Origin: Octopus vulgaris
Taxonomy: Eukaryota
Length of the DNA stretch: 64,000 nucleotides
Assembly (NCBI GenBank): GCA_951406725.2
Contig: OX597814.1
Span: 225,246,001 to 225,310,000, forward strand
Direction: 5' to 3'
Shown piece after piece: positions 58,686 to 64,000 of the stretch. The position numbers were made by a program, and so were the translations under genes. The number at the start of each line of letters is the position of its first letter. The stretch's first letter is position 1. The notes under the pieces were generated by a model. That model did no database searches. It was not told the origin of the DNA and saw only the letters and a program-made list of their open reading frames with translations.

Positions 58686-61600
58686 ACAGTGAATTGCCCT
58701 TCACAGCATTCAGCCTTACGTGTCGAAAGTCGCGGCCCACCGGCTAGGAAGTCCCTTAAGGGACCCTCCCCGCTCAAGCGGACCACTCCCCCCGAACAAC
58801 TGAGCAAAATGCTGGTGAAAGACTTTCTGAATCTCCTCCTGTCCATAGATCTTGCGTCCCCGCTCGTCCGTTAAAGACTTTATAGAGGACTTTTTACCTC
58901 TCTGACTCTCCACACGACGCGCCCATCCAGCAACGTTAATACCTTCTCGCTTCCCTGCGCGTAGCTTGGCTCTGACTCTGCAGCCTTCATGCTTGGCGTT
59001 GAGGTGGCGGTACAAGACCGCTCTCGCTGCCAACACTCTACATGCAGAGCCAGATTCCATTGCCTCGTCAAAGTTCTTAACTAGGTCGCCCTCTATTCTA
59101 GTCCTATCTAACTTAGCTGCCTGCTAAATCTAATGGACTGAACGAATGGCTCTTTTGAGGGCGTGCCACCATCTATTGTTAATGATGGTGCCACATAATG
59201 CCCTCTGAACTAGCTCCTTAATCCGGGTACGGAAAGCTTGACAAGTCAAAATAGACTTGTTCATTTTCCAGTACTCGGGTCCCTGTCTATGACATTTATC
59301 TACGTGTACCTCACCCGTCACAAGTTTGTGATCCGTGTAAGGCACAATACAAAACTGTGGACAACTAACACTATTCTTATCTCTTTCCTTAATAAATACT
59401 CTATGTACGATCTGAGTGAGCCGTCGTTATTACTTCACGTCCAATGTGGAACGTTCGGCTCCTCCAGTCGATAGCGGTCTACTAGATTATAGCTCTCTAT
59501 TAGACCCTTGAGGCAAGGATTCCCTTTCCTATCAGTTGAGCCCACACTATCGAACCGCGCTTCGAGGATAGTGTTGAAGTCTCCTAAAAAAACTAACGTT
59601 TTAGACGTCACTAGAAAGTGCTCCAGTTCCCGATAAAAACCTGACTGTATACCCTTCGGAGGAACGTATACAGCTACCAACCTGAAGGATTGTTTACTCA
59701 CGTGTGTCACATCTAGTACAGCCAGCCTGCCTTCTAGGTTCAGAAAGACTACTTATCTGTAAGTCCAAGTTCTTCCTGATAAGGACTGCGACGCCTGCAC
59801 TTCTTCCTCGGCTAGGAGAAATAAATTTCTCGTAACCATTCAGAAGAGGCGAGAACGCTTGAGGTCCACTCATCTTGGACTCGGTTACAATGGCAACATC
59901 TATTCTATGTGTCATGAGGTCGTTCAGAAAACAAGCTTGTTTTCATCTCGACCCCAATCCACGTACATTCAAACAACCTAACTTAATCATTGAGGAAAAG
60001 AAAATAAATTACTTACGGTTGACAGGAGGGGGCATAGCAGTTTATGTCTGCCAGCTTCCCTCTCACTCCCCGAGGCTGCTGGGCTTTTCACCGGCGTTAC
60101 CACCGGGCTCTGGTTAGGAGTGGCTGCCGGGCTGATGATTAACTGCCCAGCTATTGCCTCCTGGGTAACATCTCTGATGTTTTTGTTTAACAAATGTTCC
60201 TGGAGGAGCTTTCTTTTGAACTCCTCCTCTCCGACTTTTGCATATCGCGTGTCTGGCTCGCCTCCAGTTATTTTAAGAATTTTCATGCGGCTATTAGCCT
60301 TGATTAGTCTTAAAACTCTCTCGTTCTTCTCATTAAACGATATAATTTTTTCCGATTTTTTTTATACCTTTTAACACAGGGGGATGGGGTTTGTTAAAAT
60401 GCTGACCTACGAAGGTAGTGTTAGCTGGGAGGGTTTGGGAAATTTTTTGCTGTTGTTCATCTGTGCTTGCAGTTTTTCTTTTTGTTTGGGGAGGGGAGTC
60501 CGAGGTGTTTTCTTTTTTACGTTTGTACGTCACCGTTACGAATTCCACCTGTTCGCTTTCCTTTTGTTTTTTCTCTTCTTCTTTTTTTCTGTTCTTCATT
60601 CTTTCTTCCGCTTTCTTTTTTCTCCTCCTTCTGTTTTTCAATTTGTTTTTTCCTCCCGTCTTCATCGCTCTCCTGCCTCACAGCAGTTTGGGGAGGGACT
60701 TCAACTGTTGTTGTTGTTTTTTGGTACAAGTAGAACTAATGTGGCCCTTCTGCCCACACTTAACGCACCTGGGCCTACGTCCCTCCACCGACACACGAAT
60801 TGTGTGTCCCTCCCCTACGTCGATCCTGTCGGGCAAACTTTCAAGGGTTTGGTTGTCCCCTTGAACAACCATCTCCAAACTCTGACCCTTCCAGTTCGTT
60901 TCTTCTTTCATCCTCATGCTCAGTATTAATACCTTAGCTTCCACGTCGTACACGACTGCTGTTGCTGCCCACATCACATCATAACCGGCCGGTATGTCCT
61001 CAACTGTAATTTTAGCGGTTCGCCGGCCTAAATAAGTCGGTAACAACATAATTTCATCATTTTTTAAAGTCTTCGTGGATATCTCCTTTGCTACGTTAGT
61101 CGACTCGAATTGCGCTTCAACTGTAGCACTTCGCACATCTCGGCTAACGTAGCGTACTTTGTTCCAGATGGGAGCCATGCATCGCTCCACCACTTCGTTC
61201 TTCACCTCTGCAATTCTCTTCTCCTTGATGTTGAATACCTTGTATACGACAGTTTTCTCTCGTATAGCCTGGACTGTTTCCTGGGGCGGTACCAGCTTAG
61301 TCTCTTCGCCATTTTTTACAATGTATTGTCTGAACTGGAAGAGCTTGTCCATCGTTACTTCCTGTTCGATAACTTTGCCACCTACTGCAGCAGAAAAGCT
61401 TTGTTTGTCCTTGTTGACCGTTTCGCTTCCGATATTTTTAACTGTTTCCATCTCGGGAAAATCCTTTTTTGACGCAAGGTCACACTCCATCGTATCCAAA
61501 AAATAAATAACCGTGTCGCAACTGAGAAGAAATAATTATGAATGCAAGAATTTTCTGCCCCGTAGGGCGAAAATTACTGTATGTCGTGAGACAACAGTTC

Positions 61601-61704
61601 AAAAACAAATACACAGAAAACACAAACTGGGACGAACTCACAATAACAAATAAGCAGCAAAGAAGTACGCGCGCAGTCGAGAATAAAGCAAACGGAACTG
61701 AATG
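58686..61704 (-). mobile_element. Second Tx1-type LINE family: 5'UTR, ORF1 and 5' third of ORF2, 3'-truncated and frameshifted
   Basis: ORF2 start MIKLGCLNVRGLG at 59990, GDFN, YTDHKLV, HLNAKHEGC, collinear with 12423..15794; ends at ...RLSTRKAECCEGQFT. Confidence 0.92.
59987..61499 (-). pseudogene. Tx1 ORF1 with CCHC knuckle, frameshifted
   Basis: 60678..61499 ends EGRRPRCVKCGQKGHISSTC; continues in 60333..60729 and 59987..60286. Confidence 0.85.
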
Positions 61705-62134
61705 ACAGATTTAAATAAGAAATGAAATTCATTGAAAGGTTAACTTTAGTTCATCATGCAAATAATAGCCAATGGGAATATTCCACTCTCTACTATAAAA
61801 AAAATAATTTAAGATTACAGGTTTGTGCACAAGTGTTCATTGGATCTAATGATCTAATTGGACCGTATTTTCAAAAGCTTTTATATTCTAAAAAATTATA
61901 TTTTAAAGTTTAAGAAAATTATAAGACGCTAAATATTTATGCTTACAACATACTAAAATGTCTGTCATTTTTTTATACAGGGGTGAATAAATGAATTCTT
62001 GTGTCCCCTATATCTAATTTTAAAATTAGTTGTACTCCCTATATAAATTTTATATAGGAGCGTTAAACTAATAAACCTGTTTGCTGTTTACACACCCGTC
62101 TTCGTCTTTTGTTCGTTTCTTTTGTAAATTCCAA

Positions 62135-62335
<201 letters not shown>

Positions 62336-64000
62336 TGTGTTTTGGTATTGGCAACATGAATGACAATGGTCAGAGACTACTAGAATTTTGCACATACCAT
62401 AACCTGTGCATCACTAACACATTATTTGCCAACAAGACATCCCATAAGGAATCTTGGAGACATCCAAGATCTCACCACTGGCATCAGCTGGATCTCATCA
62501 TTACACGAAGACCCTTTCTAAATTCTGTTCAACTGACTCGTAGTTACCACAGCGCGAATTGTGACACAGATCATTCACTAATAAGAAGCAGGGTGAGGAT
62601 TCTGCCTAAAAAGTCCATCACTTCAAGAAAATGGGCCGATCACGCATTAAAACTGCCAGAACCTCTGACCCTATACTGAGAAAATGTTTTGCTGTTTCTA
62701 TCAAAGTTGCCCTCAGTAGCTGCCCAACCACCCCTGCTGAAAGTAGATGAAATTATATCAGGGAAGCTTTGTATACCACATCAATAGATACTTTCGGCAT
62801 GAGAGAAAGGCAAAACCCAGATTTTGTTCAGTGCTGGGCTCTCAGAGCTGGAAACAGATATCGAAACAAAGCGTGCAGCTCTGATGTAACACAAGAGTGA
62901 TTCTTCTATTAAGTCACTCGAAGAACTCAGAAAGGCAAGAAATAAAACTCAACTGACTGCCAGACGCTGTGCAAATAGGTATTGGCAGGAAATATGTCAG
63001 AGTATCCAGTCAGCTGCTGACAATGGCGACACCCGTGGGATGTATGCCGGTTTGAAGAAGGCCCTCGGTCCATCCGCAACCAAGTCAGCCCCTCTGAAAT
63101 CAACTACTGAGGATCTCATCAAGGACCAAAGCAAGTAAATAGATAGATGGGTGGAGTACTACCAGGATCTCTACTCACAAGAGACCACTGTAGCTGAGGC
63201 TGCAATCGAGAGTGTCAAGATCTTGCCAGTCATGTGTGAACTTGACAGTCTGCCATCTATAGCAGAGCTCACCAAGGCTATTGACTCCCTAGCAAGTAAC
63301 AAGCTTCCGGGAAAAGACGGCATCCCCTTAGAGATCATCAAAACCGGCAAAAACACCATCCTGCTTCGGCACCTTCATGAGCTTGTGTGTCAGTGCTGGG
63401 AAGAAGGTACAGTCCCTCAGGATATGCGGGATGCTAACATCATTACGCTTTATAAAAACAAAGGTGACCGTGGTGATTGTAACAATTACCGTGGAATATC
63501 TCTTCTAAGCACTGTTGGAAAGGCCTCTGCTCGCATTATCCTGTCCAAGCTGCAACTGCTTGCTTCTCGAATTTATCCAGAATCGTAGTGTGGCTTTAGA
63601 AGAAGCAGATCAACTATTGACATAATGTTCTCCATACGCCAACTTCAGGAGAAGTCCAGAGAGCAGAAAATGCCATTATATATGGCCTTCATTGATCTGA
63701 CAAAGGCCTTTGACTTGGTAAGTAGAAAAGGCCTCTTCATCCTGCTCCAAAACATCGGATGTCCACCAAAGCTGCTGAGGATCATCACATCTTTCCATGA
63801 TGATATGCAAGGCACCATACAGCACAATGGTTCAACATCAGCCGCCTTCCAAATAAAAAATGGGGTAAAGCTAGGTTGTGTCCTTGCTCCTACAGTATTT
63901 GGCATCTTCTCGCTACTGCTGTCACATGCCTTTCAGACATCAGATGATGGAGTGTTTCTGCACAGTAGAAGTGATGGGAAACTGTTCAATCTCTCGCGTT
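62336..64000 (+). pseudogene. Decayed RTE (BovB-like) LINE ORF: endonuclease C-terminal part and RT, running off the window
   Basis: [38 protein letters not shown]; PGKDGIP; NYRGISLLS; FIDLTKAFD; GVKLGCVLAP; in-frame stops. Confidence 0.93.

Overview
Eukaryotic, AT-rich, repeat-saturated window with no recognisable host protein-coding gene. It is probably an octopus/cephalopod intergenic or intronic region; this is inferred from the SINE and microsatellite make-up and is not proven. Retroelements: a near-intact ~6.2 kb Tx1/L1-type LINE (ORF1 with CCHC knuckle; 1123-aa APE-RT ORF2) sitting inside a (GATA)n array, further Tx1 remnants, a same-strand cluster of R4/Dong-type RLE LINE pieces in (TAA)n arrays, RTE remnants and many tRNA-derived SINEs. 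Other repeats: hAT/Tc1/Helitron-type non-autonomous DNA elements, a probable solo LTR carrying a perfect 6-unit heat-shock element, and a 6.2 kb (ATAC)n array. The most striking signal is at 55.6-56.6 kb: two inverted, differently circularly permuted, full-length copies of a 456-nt ORF-less unit, each with a complete type I hammerhead ribozyme (retrozyme / non-autonomous Penelope-like, consistent with a circular RNA template). A second, unrelated hammerhead lies at 44.6 kb. Almost all long ORFs in the supplied track are microsatellite artefacts.
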